A stretch of DNA of 64,000 nt, taken from positions 384,001-448,000 of the forward strand of contig JBJMOW010000004.1 in NCBI GenBank assembly GCA_045803545.1, read 5' to 3'. The DNA comes from Gemmatimonadaceae bacterium. Its GTDB lineage: Bacteria > Gemmatimonadota > Gemmatimonadetes > Gemmatimonadales > Gemmatimonadaceae. Positions 20,003-30,477 of the stretch are shown here, piece after piece (positions within the stretch are counted from its first letter, which is position 1; every line of letters begins with the position of its first letter). The notes under the pieces were generated by a model that was not told the origin of the DNA, ran no database searches, and saw only the letters and a program-made list of their open reading frames with translations. Position numbers and translations under genes: made by a program.

Positions 20003-21213
20003 GCACCGTGATGATGCCCGTAGAGAACGAAATAGCATCTTCGACTTCGATCCCGGCGGATCCCTTCCTCGCAACTTACAAACGAGCGCCGATGGAATTC
20101 GTTCGCGGCGAAGGTGTCGAGCTGGTGGACGCTGACGGGAAGCGATATCTCGACTTTGCCAGCGGGATCGCCGTCAATGCGCTGGGCTATGCTGATGCCG
20201 GCATAGCAGCGACGATCGCCGATGCGCTGAGCACCGGTCTGATCCACACATCGAACCTCTATCGTACCGCACCCGGCGAACAGCTGGCGGCGAAACTCGT
20301 CGACCGCTCCTTCGCTTCGCGTGTCTTCTTCTGCAACTCCGGAGCAGAGGCAAACGAAGGTGCGTTCAAGGTCGCGCGTAAGTGGGCGCGCAAGATCGGC
20401 ACCGACGCCAAGGTCGAGATAATCGCGCTACGCGGAAGTTTTCACGGCCGACTGTTCGCGTCTTTGGCCGCGACTGACCGCCCTTCGTACCGGGCGCCCT
20501 TCCGCCCGTTGGCCGGTGGTGTCTCGATCTGCGAGCGCGATCTTTCGGAGCTGGACAGCGCGCTCGACGAAGAGACAGTGGCCGCGCTCATTCTGGAGCC
20601 GATTCAGGGAGAAGGTGGTGTGCGTGTTCTCGATGCCGACTTCGTCCGAAAGCTGCGCGACCTGACAGCGAAACGAGAAATCGCGCTGATCTTCGATGAG
20701 ATTCAGTGTGGGCTTGGCCGGACAGGTCATCTCTTCGCGTACGAAGCGCTGGGAATCACGCCAGACATTTTGACACTGGCGAAGCCGCTGGCCGGCGGAC
20801 TGCCGATGGGGGCGGTACTCGTTACCGAGGAGATTGGATCAACGATGCAGCCAGGAGATCATGGCACCACATTCGGTGGCGGCCCGCTGGTGGCGGCGGT
20901 TGCCGGGTATGTTCTGGACCGACTGTCTGATCCAACGCTGCTTGATTCAGTGCGCACCAACGGTGTCTGGCTGGGAGAGCAGCTCGCGAGGATTGCGACG
21001 CGCTCTGGAAAAGTTCGTGCGGTCCGCGGAATGGGTTATATGTGGGGAATCGACATCGTTGAGCCAGCAGGCGATGTCGTGAAGAGAGGTTGGGAGGCGG
21101 GCCTGCTCGCTCTCACCGCGGGCGAGCATACGCTGCGTCTACTGCCGCCATTGGTAATGGACCGTGTTGGTCTCGAGCGTGGCCTATCGATCCTGGAAAG
21201 AATCATCGGGTGA
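19999..21213 (+). CDS. argD: Acetylornithine aminotransferase
   Basis: NSGAEANE, SFHGR, DEIQCGLGRTG, AKPLAGGLP; ATGA overlap with argB. Confidence 0.92.
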   Translation: MSTVMMPVENEIASSTSIPADPFLATYKRAPMEFVRGEGVELVDADGKRYLDFASGIAVNALGYADAGIAATIADALSTGLIHTSNLYRTAPGEQLAAKLVDRSFASRVFFCNSGAEANEGAFKVARKWARKIGTDAKVEIIALRGSFHGRLFASLAATDRPSYRAPFRPLAGGVSICERDLSELDSALDEETVAALILEPIQGEGGVRVLDADFVRKLRDLTAKREIALIFDEIQCGLGRTGHLFAYEALGITPDILTLAKPLAGGLPMGAVLVTEEIGSTMQPGDHGTTFGGGPLVAAVAGYVLDRLSDPTLLDSVRTNGVWLGEQLARIATRSGKVRAVRGMGYMWGIDIVEPAGDVVKRGWEAGLLALTAGEHTLRLLPPLVMDRVGLERGLSILERIIG

Positions 21214-21261
21214 GTTCCGCAGTCGCCAAGCAGCTGGGCGGCAGTTAGAATTTTCGGAGCT

Positions 21262-21768
21262 ATGTCACATCGCTCCGCGCGGGCAGTCCTGACTGCCCGC
21301 TTTCTTTCTCTGGCCATTGCCGGCGCAGGTATCGCCTGCGCCGGAATGACGACAACGAATTCAACTCACGCGATCGCGTCGTTGCCCGCTGACACAATCG
21401 AAGCAAGGCGTCTGTTCGAGGAGAACATCGACGCGATACACAAGCGTGACCGCCAGCGTTATCTCGCTACTTATCTTCATTCGACCACGCTAGGTCGAAA
21501 TGGAGCGAGCGGGCTTGAGCTCGGCTATGACAACTGGAGCGCCCGCCGCGATTCCACGTGGCCGGACACTCTGGTCGCCAAGAATCTTCGCGTGCTTCCT
21601 ATTTCCCCGGGTGTCGTCTACGGTACCTACTGCTACACTGTGACTCAGCACGACACGACGACGAGCGGTGTTTCGGAAAGAATCTTCGTTAAAACGTCTC
21701 AAGGCTGGCGGATAGCGGTGACGACGGCATTCGGCCAGCCGGTTGGTCAACCGTCGCAGTGCAAATGA
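21262..21768 (+). CDS. NTF2-like (SnoaL/DUF4440-type) lipoprotein
   Basis: Lipobox IAC; C-terminal IFVKTSQGWRIA typical of NTF2-like folds. Confidence 0.6.
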   Translation: MSHRSARAVLTARFLSLAIAGAGIACAGMTTTNSTHAIASLPADTIEARRLFEENIDAIHKRDRQRYLATYLHSTTLGRNGASGLELGYDNWSARRDSTWPDTLVAKNLRVLPISPGVVYGTYCYTVTQHDTTTSGVSERIFVKTSQGWRIAVTTAFGQPVGQPSQCK

Positions 21769-21779
21769 TAAAGGGAGTT

Positions 21780-23444
21780 ATGGGAAGAAAGAGTCTGATT
21801 CGCGGTGCACTCGCGGTCGCGGTCATGTTTGGAAGTCCTTCGGTGAATCTGTCGCAGCAGCCTACCGCGCCGGCAACAACTCACCCTGCTGACACGGCCA
21901 CGCCCAAGCTGGTGCTCTTCATTACGATCGATGCAATGCGGTCGGATTATCTGCAGCGTTTCGAACGCCAGCTATCGGGGGGATTGGGCAGGCTCTATCG
22001 GGGCGGTGCTTTTTTCAGCAACGGTTTCCAGGATCACGCGATCACGGAGACGGCGCCCGGTCACTCAGTGACAATGTCCGGAAGGTTTCCGGTTCACACC
22101 GGCATCGTGATGAACGTAGCAGGTGTGAATGACAGCAGCGTCAAGTTGATCGACTCGCCAGGCGGGGGTGCCTCGCCCTTTCGATTTCGCGGCACGACGC
22201 TCACCGATTGGCTGGTTGCGAAGGACCCGCGAACGAAGGTGCTATCCGTTTCGCGAAAGGATCGCGCCGCAATTCTGCCAATCGGCAGATCGAAGCAGCC
22301 GGTGTTCTGGTATCCCGGCAACGGGATTTTCACGACGAGTACTTATTACAGCACGACTTTGCCTGACTGGGTGAAGGCGTACAACGCGCGCAAAGTTCCG
22401 ATGAGTTATGCTGCGCGTATCTGGCGGCCGATGCTACCCGACAGCTCTTACGCCGAACCTGATAGCGTGCCCTACGAAGCAGGAGCGACGGCTTTTCTTT
22501 TCCCGCACGTCATCCCAACCGCGCCTGACTCCGCGGCTGCTTTCCTGGCAGAGTTCCCGTGGATGGATGATGTTACGCTCGACTTCGCGCTGACGGGAGT
22601 AAATGCGCTCAATCTGGGCGCCGGTCCCGAAACCGACGTGCTCGCTATTTCACTTTCCACCACTGACGCGATCGGCCACAAGTACGGACCAGACTCTCGC
22701 GAGCTTCACGATCATTTCCTGCGACTGGACCATGCAGTCGGCGTCTTTCTCGATTCGTTGTTCAAGCTTCGAAACGAAAAGGACATCGTGATTGCTCTGA
22801 CCGCTGATCATGGATTATCGCCGTATCCCGAGGTCCATACAGCGCACGATGCCAACGGGGGAGCAATCCGCGTCAACGTACGCCCAGTGCTACAGAAACT
22901 GAGCAACACACTCGCTGCGCGCGGAGTTCCGGGCAACGGGCTCGAGTACATGAGTGGTGTTTACGCCGGCAACGGTTTCTTCTTCGACAGCGGCGTGCTG
23001 CAGCTGGATCGAGCCGCGCTGCAACGTGCGAATGTGAATGTCGACACATTGTTGACGGGCGTGAGGGCAGATTTTCTGAAAGTCGCCGGGGTCGCGAGAG
23101 CGGACCGCATCTCGACGCTCGCTACTGCGGACACGGTCAGCGATAAGGTTGCCAGGCGCTGGCTGCACATGTTCAGCGATGAGACTACAGCCGCACTGGT
23201 TGTCTCGCTCGCGCCTTATAACTACTGGATGACGTACAATCTCGCGCAACATGGCAGCCCCAATGACCCTGATGCGCGCGTTCCGATCCTGTTCTATGGT
23301 AGTGCGATCAAGCCTGGACGCTACTTAGACTTCGCTACAGTCGCCGACATGGCGCCCACACTCGCGCTTATCACCCACGTCTTGCCGCTGGAAAAACTCG
23401 ACGGTCACGTACTTCAGAATGCGATCCGGCAAAGCACGCCTTGA
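21780..23444 (+). CDS. Alkaline phosphatase superfamily protein (PafA-type, Thr nucleophile)
   Basis: ITIDAMRSDY, TETAPGH, SRKDRAA, DAIGH, TADHG, HGSP; signal peptide. Confidence 0.88.
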   Translation: MGRKSLIRGALAVAVMFGSPSVNLSQQPTAPATTHPADTATPKLVLFITIDAMRSDYLQRFERQLSGGLGRLYRGGAFFSNGFQDHAITETAPGHSVTMSGRFPVHTGIVMNVAGVNDSSVKLIDSPGGGASPFRFRGTTLTDWLVAKDPRTKVLSVSRKDRAAILPIGRSKQPVFWYPGNGIFTTSTYYSTTLPDWVKAYNARKVPMSYAARIWRPMLPDSSYAEPDSVPYEAGATAFLFPHVIPTAPDSAAAFLAEFPWMDDVTLDFALTGVNALNLGAGPETDVLAISLSTTDAIGHKYGPDSRELHDHFLRLDHAVGVFLDSLFKLRNEKDIVIALTADHGLSPYPEVHTAHDANGGAIRVNVRPVLQKLSNTLAARGVPGNGLEYMSGVYAGNGFFFDSGVLQLDRAALQRANVNVDTLLTGVRADFLKVAGVARADRISTLATADTVSDKVARRWLHMFSDETTAALVVSLAPYNYWMTYNLAQHGSPNDPDARVPILFYGSAIKPGRYLDFATVADMAPTLALITHVLPLEKLDGHVLQNAIRQSTP

Positions 23445-24030
23445 CCCCGTCTGGAAAGCATTCGACGAAGCTCAATTCGGGCCAAAGAACAGCCTGAACC
23501 TGCGTGATTCCTTGCCGAGTGCTGCCGACGCGATTTACCGGACCGAAGCGTGGCTGCGCGAGCGTCAAGTGAGCGGTGCCAAGGAAGTACTGATCATCAC
23601 GGGCCGCGGTAACCAAAGTCCTGACGGCGCCCCCGTAGTTCGAAAGGCGGTGCTGAATCTGCTGCCAGGACTGCATCGCCGGGGAGTTGTAAGCGAATGG
23701 CGCGAACATTCTCCAGGCTCACTGGTGGTCGGCCTGCAGCCAATCACTGCGTTGCTCAACGCGCCAAGACGAAAGCGCGATCGGGATGCTGCGCCGGGGA
23801 GCGCGGATCCGCAGTCACTTTCGGCCCTCGACAAGGCAACATTGAAGTTGCTGCGCACTCTGGCAATACGATCGCTGGACAGTCTGGGAGTGCGGGACGC
23901 GGAGAAGTTCATCGAAGCAGAAATGCTGGACAAATTCAATTCGTTGGCTGCCAGCATACCAGCGGGAGAGGGAAGTGAGGCGAGACTACAAACAGCAATC
24001 GCGACCGCTCTCGAGCAATTCGACGAGTAA
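23419..24030 (+). CDS. Stand-alone Smr-domain protein with C-terminal helical extension
   Basis: LNLR, LIITGRGNQS and PGSLVV Smr motifs. Confidence 0.75.
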   Translation: MRSGKARLDPVWKAFDEAQFGPKNSLNLRDSLPSAADAIYRTEAWLRERQVSGAKEVLIITGRGNQSPDGAPVVRKAVLNLLPGLHRRGVVSEWREHSPGSLVVGLQPITALLNAPRRKRDRDAAPGSADPQSLSALDKATLKLLRTLAIRSLDSLGVRDAEKFIEAEMLDKFNSLAASIPAGEGSEARLQTAIATALEQFDE

Positions 24031-24065
24031 GTGATTCCGCAGCGGACCATCTCACCAAAATTGAA

Positions 24066-26162
24066 ATGAACGGCAAACTTCTCGTCGGTGCGATGCTGGT
24101 GGCGTCGCGGCTGGATGGCCAGAGTCTCTCCGGCTACAGCATCAATTCATCGGCGCATGAGCTTAGCGTGGAGTCAGACGCTGTGAGCCGGCCAAGCGCC
24201 GCCGATGCAGACGCGCACTCTCGTTTCCTGTCACTGCAACCGCACATGGCAGGTACGCCGGCGCAGGCACGGACTCGCGACTACGTGATCTCGCAGATGA
24301 AATCATGGGGCCTCGAGACCGAGGTCCGGTCTTACAAAGTGTGGATGCCACATCCAATCACCACTCGAGTCTGGCGAATCTCGCCGGACCCGGTGGAGCT
24401 GAATCTTGCGGAGGGTCCAATCGCCGAGGACACCACGTCCGTTGCGTATCCTCAGGTGATCGCCTTCAACGGCTATGGCGCGGCCGGTGACGTTAGTGGC
24501 GACGTAGTGTACGTCAACTACGGGCTCATCGAAGACTATGCACAGCTGGATTCGATGGGAGTGTCGGTAAAAGGCAAGATCGCGATTGCGCGCTACGGCC
24601 GTTCGTACCGCGGCATCAAAGCGCGCGAGGCAGAGAAGCACGGCGCTGTTGGATTGCTCATCTACAGCGATCCGGCGGATGACGGCTACACTCGCGGCGA
24701 CGTTTATCCTGCCGGGCCCATGCGCCCCGCGCACGGAATTCAGCGCGGCAGTGTCATGAATCCAAATGGAGATCCTAGCACGCCGGGATACCCGAGCAGT
24801 GAAGGTGCGCGCCGCGTTCCGTTTGTCCGGATGGATGTGCCTCATATTCCGGTGCTTCCAATCTCGTACGGCAATGCATCGGAGTTGCTGCGCGGGTTGA
24901 ACGGCAACTCGATTCCGCAGCCGTGGGAAGGCGGATTGCCGTTCCGCTATCACGTCGGTCCGGGGCCCGTGCGTGCCCGCATTGCGGTCACTACCGATGC
25001 GAACACAAATCCTTATAAAGAGATTTGGGACACGTTCGGCGTAATACGCGGCAGTGATTTTCCGGACGAGATCGTGATGGTCGGTGGACACCGGGATGCC
25101 TGGGGACCCGGCGCTGCAGACAACGTCAGCGGCACAATCAGTGTACTTGAAGCAGCACACGCGATCGCGGATCAGGTCAAAGCTGGAATGCGACCCCGGC
25201 GCACAATCGTCTTCGCGACGTGGGATGCGGAGGAGTGGGGGCTGCTCGGCTCGACGGAGTTTGTGGAAGAAGACTCTCTGAGATTGCGCAATCACGCCGT
25301 CGCGTATCTCAATCAGGACGATATCGCGCAGGGACCGAACTTCAGTGCGGGTGGATCGCCATCATTGCGGGGGATTTTGCGCGACGTGGCGAAGCATGTT
25401 CCGGATCCGAGCAAACAGGGAAGTGTGTACGATGTCTGGCGCAAGCGCGCGAATCTCGCGGCGGATTCCCTGGAGCCGCAAATGGGAGATCCCGGTGGCG
25501 GATCTGACTTTGCCGGTTTCTACAATCATCTCGGCATACCGATCACCGATTGGGGCTTCGGCGGACCGCAGGGCATCTATCACTCCGCATACGACTCGTA
25601 CCACTGGATGTCCAAATTCGGTGACCCCGGTTTTCAGTATCACGCAACCGCGGCAAAGATCGGCGCTGCGATGTTGCTGCGAATCGCGAATGCAGACGTT
25701 CTGCCGTACGACTATATGGAATTCGCCCGCACAATGCGCCGCTTCGCAACGCAAGCGTCACAGGCGATAGCAGAAAAGCACTGGAACGTGTCTGTGGATT
25801 CCCTAACGCGATCTATCGGCAGAATGGAGGATGCTGCATCGGCATTCGCTGCCGCGAGAGATCGCGCGCTTGCTAATCAGCCGTCACTCTCGACGCTACA
25901 ACGCGCAAATGCGGCTCTCCTCGAAGTTGAACGCCAGCTTACACGACCCGAAGGTCTCGTCACGCGATCGTGGTTCAGGAACCTCATCTACGCCTCCGAC
26001 GAGAATAACGGCTACGCGACGATGGTGTTTCCATCTGTGGGAGAAGCGATCAGAGCCGGCGATGCAACGATCGTTACTCGCGAAGTCAACGATCTCGCTA
26101 CTCGCTTCGATGCAGCGACGCGCGCATTGCAGCGAACGACCGAGGTATTTCGCGGAATGTAA
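24066..26162 (+). CDS. M28 glutamate carboxypeptidase II-like peptidase (PA and TfR-dimerization domains)
   Basis: GHRDAW, GAADN.SG, WDAEEWG, YHS.YD, VYVNYG. Confidence 0.92.
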   Translation: MNGKLLVGAMLVASRLDGQSLSGYSINSSAHELSVESDAVSRPSAADADAHSRFLSLQPHMAGTPAQARTRDYVISQMKSWGLETEVRSYKVWMPHPITTRVWRISPDPVELNLAEGPIAEDTTSVAYPQVIAFNGYGAAGDVSGDVVYVNYGLIEDYAQLDSMGVSVKGKIAIARYGRSYRGIKAREAEKHGAVGLLIYSDPADDGYTRGDVYPAGPMRPAHGIQRGSVMNPNGDPSTPGYPSSEGARRVPFVRMDVPHIPVLPISYGNASELLRGLNGNSIPQPWEGGLPFRYHVGPGPVRARIAVTTDANTNPYKEIWDTFGVIRGSDFPDEIVMVGGHRDAWGPGAADNVSGTISVLEAAHAIADQVKAGMRPRRTIVFATWDAEEWGLLGSTEFVEEDSLRLRNHAVAYLNQDDIAQGPNFSAGGSPSLRGILRDVAKHVPDPSKQGSVYDVWRKRANLAADSLEPQMGDPGGGSDFAGFYNHLGIPITDWGFGGPQGIYHSAYDSYHWMSKFGDPGFQYHATAAKIGAAMLLRIANADVLPYDYMEFARTMRRFATQASQAIAEKHWNVSVDSLTRSIGRMEDAASAFAAARDRALANQPSLSTLQRANAALLEVERQLTRPEGLVTRSWFRNLIYASDENNGYATMVFPSVGEAIRAGDATIVTREVNDLATRFDAATRALQRTTEVFRGM

Positions 26163-26236
26163 TTGACGAACACACGTCCGGTTACGGTCCAGACATTGCG
26201 ATGACCGATGTCTGACAGAACGGATGGTGTTGTGCG

Positions 26237-26959
26237 ATGAATGTGAATGGACATGGAGTGCGACGCTTGCGTCTCAGTCAAGACGAAACTGCGGCGATCG
26301 CCGATTATGGCGCGAAAGCAGTGTGGCCGGCCGGGTTTCAGATATACCAGCGGGGCGCGGCCGCCGACGGCGTTTTCATAGTTCTCGAAGGACACGTCGT
26401 CTTGCGCAACAAAATCAAAGTTGGTCGGGGTTTCGTGCCGGTAATCGCAACCTCGGGACAGACTTTCGGCAGCGAAGGCCTCTCATCCGGCGCGCAATAC
26501 GCAACTGACGCAAATGCCGCGGAAGAAACGAAAACGTTGTTCCTCAGCGGACAGCAATTCCGTGCATTCGTGAGAGAGCGTGCAGCACAGACAATCCCCC
26601 TGCTGTCGCAAATCATGTCGGAGCGGGCCTTTCTGCTCGAGAAACTCCACGAGCTGGCGGCACTCAACGTTGATCAAAGACTCGTCTCGACGCTGTTCCA
26701 TCTCAGCTCTGACCGGACGTTCACTACGGCAGATGGGCGTCTGAAGCTGGAGAACAACCACCACCGTCTGCTTTGCGAGATGGTCGGCGCGACGCGCGAA
26801 TCGATTGCTCTGGCGCTGAGCCGCCTCGTCTCGGCAGGAATCGCCGAGCGAAAGGGCATGACCTTCCTCATTCAGCCGAACTCGCTTACCAACACGCTCG
26901 GTGATTATACTACGCGGGAAGTTGCGATTCCCGTCGCGAGAGAAATGACTGTAACCTGA
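26237..26959 (+). CDS. Crp/Fnr family transcription regulator
   Basis: cNMP-binding beta-roll (IYQRG...GQTFG), C-helix with QRL, HTH MVGATRES. Confidence 0.8.
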   Translation: MNVNGHGVRRLRLSQDETAAIADYGAKAVWPAGFQIYQRGAAADGVFIVLEGHVVLRNKIKVGRGFVPVIATSGQTFGSEGLSSGAQYATDANAAEETKTLFLSGQQFRAFVRERAAQTIPLLSQIMSERAFLLEKLHELAALNVDQRLVSTLFHLSSDRTFTTADGRLKLENNHHRLLCEMVGATRESIALALSRLVSAGIAERKGMTFLIQPNSLTNTLGDYTTREVAIPVAREMTVT

Positions 26960-26965
26960 GCTTAG

Positions 26966-27781
26966 ATGGTCGATCGGCACGCGGTTGATTCGGCGATAAT
27001 CAAAGGCGCAGAAGCAATTGATTTGCAGGAGGAGAGCTCACACGGAGTTCTCCTCCTGCATGGTTTTGGGGATACTCCGCAGACGCTTTCGCTATTCGCG
27101 AATCATCTGTCGAAAGCAGGACTAGGCGTCTTCGTCCCGTTACTCCCTGGTCACGGACGAAGCATGACAGAATTCACGAGGTCCGGTGCCGACGACTGGA
27201 TCCGTGCGGCGGAAGATGCATTCCTCGATATGAGCGGCCGCTACCGCCTCGTCAGTGTCAGCGGCTTGTCGATGGGAGGCGCGCTGGCTGTCATCATTGC
27301 CGCGCGCCATCGCGACATCGCGTCGCTTGTTTTGTTCGCCCCGTACCTCGGCATGCCGCGCTGGATGCGTGCGGTTGCGATCACTCACTGGGCGTGGGGT
27401 AGAGTCGTCGGACCCGTGAACTCCAGCAGTCCGCTCTCGATTCATGATCCAATCGAACGCGAAAAGAATCTTTCGTACGGCCAGGTAACTGGCCGTACGA
27501 TTCACGAGCTGGCGCGGGTGGTCGGTCGCGCACGCCGTGCGCTGCCCCAAGTTTTTGTTCCCACCCTCATCATTCAATCCCGTGAAGATCCGCGCGTTTC
27601 ACCGCGGGTTGGCGAGTACGCGCTGAAGAAAATCGGGGCGAGGGAGAAGCAGATGGTATGGACGAGCGGCGCCGGCCACATCATCACCGTCGACTATGGA
27701 CGAGAGCGAGTGTTCGGCGAAGCGGAGCGCTGGCTTTTATCGCACGCCGTTCGTAACGCGACAGCCGCCCGTTCGAGTTGA
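26966..27781 (+). CDS. Alpha/beta hydrolase (carboxylesterase/monoacylglycerol lipase-like)
   Basis: LLHGF, LPGHG, GLSMGG, D and H triad residues. Confidence 0.88.
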   Translation: MVDRHAVDSAIIKGAEAIDLQEESSHGVLLLHGFGDTPQTLSLFANHLSKAGLGVFVPLLPGHGRSMTEFTRSGADDWIRAAEDAFLDMSGRYRLVSVSGLSMGGALAVIIAARHRDIASLVLFAPYLGMPRWMRAVAITHWAWGRVVGPVNSSSPLSIHDPIEREKNLSYGQVTGRTIHELARVVGRARRALPQVFVPTLIIQSREDPRVSPRVGEYALKKIGAREKQMVWTSGAGHIITVDYGRERVFGEAERWLLSHAVRNATAARSS

Positions 27782-27806
27782 AGCGGCTGTCGGAACGAAC
27801 CTAGAT

Positions 27807-28211
27807 CTAGAAACGGTCCTGGACGAATTCGGTGACAGAATCGACCGCGCGTTCGCCGAGGTTAGCCGCCTGGTGCACGACGCCAGTGGCCACGCGCTTC
27901 ACACGTTGAACAGGAGAGCTTCTGCGCCGCCTGCCTGCAGTCTTCTTGCGACCACTCGATTTGCGGCGCGAAGATCCACCGCTGGAGCGCGACGCGCTCT
28001 TACGGCTACTGCTCTTACGCCCACTACTCTTGCGCGCGCTCGAGCTCTTACGAGCCCGGGAGCTCTTTCTGCCCGAAGATTTGCGGCCGCTGCTTCGGCC
28101 GGCTCCGCCGCGTCGACGTGAGCTGCCACCGCTCTTACGGCCTGATGATGCGGACCGTGAGCGCTTCCTACCGCCTCTAGAACCACCTCTGGACTTTCTG
28201 GCTGCAGCCAT
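27807..28211 (-). CDS. Small highly basic low-complexity (R/K/S/G) protein
   Basis: MAAARKSRGG... with RKSS repeats and an amphipathic C-terminal helix; GGAG SD before ATG 28211. Confidence 0.7.
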   Translation of the reverse strand: MAAARKSRGGSRGGRKRSRSASSGRKSGGSSRRRGGAGRSSGRKSSGRKSSRARKSSSARKSSGRKSSSRKSASRSSGGSSRRKSSGRKKTAGRRRRSSPVQRVKRVATGVVHQAANLGERAVDSVTEFVQDRF

Positions 28212-28310
28212 TGCAAAGCTCCGTGTTAGGAGAGTTCGCGTACAAGGCGTAGCAAGATTCGCGCACAACACGTTGTGGTACGTGTCGAATAGATCGACAA
28301 ACGCCGCCTA

Positions 28311-29333
28311 TTAGCGGAGAGCGCGCGTTTCACCGTGTTTCATGATCCATAAATCATCGGCTGCGTGACCGGCGCTAACCCAGCCCTCTCGCATCCGCGC
28401 CGGTGGTTCGTCCATTGGTTCATCAGTGAGCTTAAAGGTTCCCCAATGACCTGCGGTAACGACTAATCGGCTGCCTTCCTGCGCTTGTTTGATCTGCGCT
28501 ACGGCCTTCATGCAGTCGTCGGGATCCATGTGAACGGTGCCCATGAACCAACGCGGCTCGTAAGCGCCGATGGGCAGGATGGCCAGATCAAATGGGCCGA
28601 GGCGGTCTGTGATGGCGCTAAACTCGGGATGCAACGCGGTGTCACCTGCGAAGAAAACGCGGTGATCGCTGCTTCGGAAAGTCCAACCGCACCAGAGCGT
28701 CTGATTACGGCGGCCCAGCGTGCGCCCAGAGAAGTGTTGCGCGGGGACACATGTAACGTCGAGTCCGATTACTGACGTGCTTTCCCACCAATCTCGCTCG
28801 ACAATGTCACGCGCACCTCGGTGACGAAGAAACGCCGCGACGCCCAGCGGTGCCAGCCATTGCGCTGCGGGATAGCGACTGGCGAGTCTCTGAGTGGTGG
28901 CGGCGTCGAGATGATCGTAGTGATCATGTGATAAAGCGATGATGTCAATTGGCGGCAGCCGGTCGAACGGCACGCCAGGTGGCACCCACCGCCGCGGACC
29001 AGCGAACTGCACCGGAGACGCGCGCTCGCTCCAGATTGGATCGAGCAGAATGTTGAGACCCGCAAGCTGCAACAGGAAACTGCTGTGCCCGACCCAGGTG
29101 AGCGTCACCGCATCTGGCGTCGCCCGCGGTGTGGTGAAATTCGGCTTGGCGAGCGGAAATGATGATCGATCAGGATCGGGCCGTCGTGTGTTCTGCCGGC
29201 GCTCGACGAGTGTCCATTTAAGGAAATCGCGGAACCCATGAAGCTGCGACGAAGGCCAGGGATTTCTAAAGCCACCCCCGGGGTCATGGTGCGAAGCACG
29301 CGTGACGGATGTCTGAGTATTGGATGCAGTCAT
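28311..29333 (-). CDS. MBL-fold hydrolase (NAPE-PLD/RomA-like)
   Basis: FRNPW, WVGHSS, SHDHYDHLD, PAQHFSGR, PIGAYEPRW, HWGTF. Confidence 0.9.
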   Translation of the reverse strand: MTASNTQTSVTRASHHDPGGGFRNPWPSSQLHGFRDFLKWTLVERRQNTRRPDPDRSSFPLAKPNFTTPRATPDAVTLTWVGHSSFLLQLAGLNILLDPIWSERASPVQFAGPRRWVPPGVPFDRLPPIDIIALSHDHYDHLDAATTQRLASRYPAAQWLAPLGVAAFLRHRGARDIVERDWWESTSVIGLDVTCVPAQHFSGRTLGRRNQTLWCGWTFRSSDHRVFFAGDTALHPEFSAITDRLGPFDLAILPIGAYEPRWFMGTVHMDPDDCMKAVAQIKQAQEGSRLVVTAGHWGTFKLTDEPMDEPPARMREGWVSAGHAADDLWIMKHGETRALR

Positions 29334-29373
29334 TGCAACCGCGAATGATACTGCACCGACGACGTCTTCTGTG

Positions 29374-30477
29374 TCAGCTCAGGTTGGGAGCGGCGAGGTT
29401 TTCCTCGAGGTGCGCGAGGGACTTCATGCCAACGAGCGCCGCGGAGAGTGGAAGCGACTGCGTGAAAGCAATCGCCCTTCTCGCGTCAGTACTGAATCCC
29501 GGGAACGCGGCGTGCACCTGTTCTGGCAGGCCGCGAGTCAGCTGCGATTGCATTAGCGTGGCGCTGGCGATTACCGATATGCCTAGGCGATGAGCGGCCT
29601 CCAGCGGTGTCACCCGATCGCGTCCAACGCTCTGGGTTTCTGTGCGAACCGCCTCGGTCATCGCGAGATTGATCGGAAGCTGAATTACACTGAAATGATG
29701 GCCGGCCCCTCCCGCTTCATGGGCCAGCGAAACCAACTCCTCGAGACTCAGATGGTTCCTGGACTCGGGAGGCACGCGGAATCCATTCCACGTCGCGCAT
29801 CCGTAACAACCGATGAAGCCGTTTTCTACGGCGCGCTCGAGGACGACGAAAGCATCGCGCACAACCGTTAGAAACCTCTGGCGCGAAAGCACGTCGAGCG
29901 CTTGTTCAGGGTTGTGCAGGTAATAAACGTCGATTGTCTCGAGCCCGAGATTTCTACGGCTGCGCTCGACCTGATCCTCGAGAAACTGGCCGCTGAGGCA
30001 GTGACCGCCAGCAATCACATCGACCGGATCCATGACGCCGCGCAGGAAATACTCTTCCTCGAGAAATCTGTGGTATTCGTCTTTGGTTGCCGGGGGATTT
30101 CGATCGAGGGGGATGTAACCACCCTTCGAGCAAACGACTATCTGGTCACGTCTGATTTTTCCGCTGTTGACACTCTTCTGAATCGCCGCTCCGAGAGCGC
30201 GCTCGGAGCGCTGACATCTGTAATTGATGGATGTATCCAGCAAGTTGATACCGCGCGCGAGCGCTGCTCCTGCGGCGATGGTGTAACGGGCATCCTCTTC
30301 GTCGTCACAGTCGCCGAGATAAGTGCCAAGGCCGAGCGAGGAGACGACAACTCCGTTGGCCAATGGCCGATAGAAATTCTCCGGGCGCGATTTGGCAAAC
30401 TGTTTTCGCAGCGTGCGAGTGGCGTCGGCAGAAGCACGTCCTTTGATCAATGCGAGTGAGGCTTGCGTTCGTTGCAT
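29374..30477 (-). CDS. Aldo/keto reductase
   Basis: LGLGTY, DTSINY...SE, CSKGG, IDVYYLHNPE, QLPIN. Start set at ATG 30477 from the promoter signature. Confidence 0.87.
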   Translation of the reverse strand: MQRTQASLALIKGRASADATRTLRKQFAKSRPENFYRPLANGVVVSSLGLGTYLGDCDDEEDARYTIAAGAALARGINLLDTSINYRCQRSERALGAAIQKSVNSGKIRRDQIVVCSKGGYIPLDRNPPATKDEYHRFLEEEYFLRGVMDPVDVIAGGHCLSGQFLEDQVERSRRNLGLETIDVYYLHNPEQALDVLSRQRFLTVVRDAFVVLERAVENGFIGCYGCATWNGFRVPPESRNHLSLEELVSLAHEAGGAGHHFSVIQLPINLAMTEAVRTETQSVGRDRVTPLEAAHRLGISVIASATLMQSQLTRGLPEQVHAAFPGFSTDARRAIAFTQSLPLSAALVGMKSLAHLEENLAAPNLS

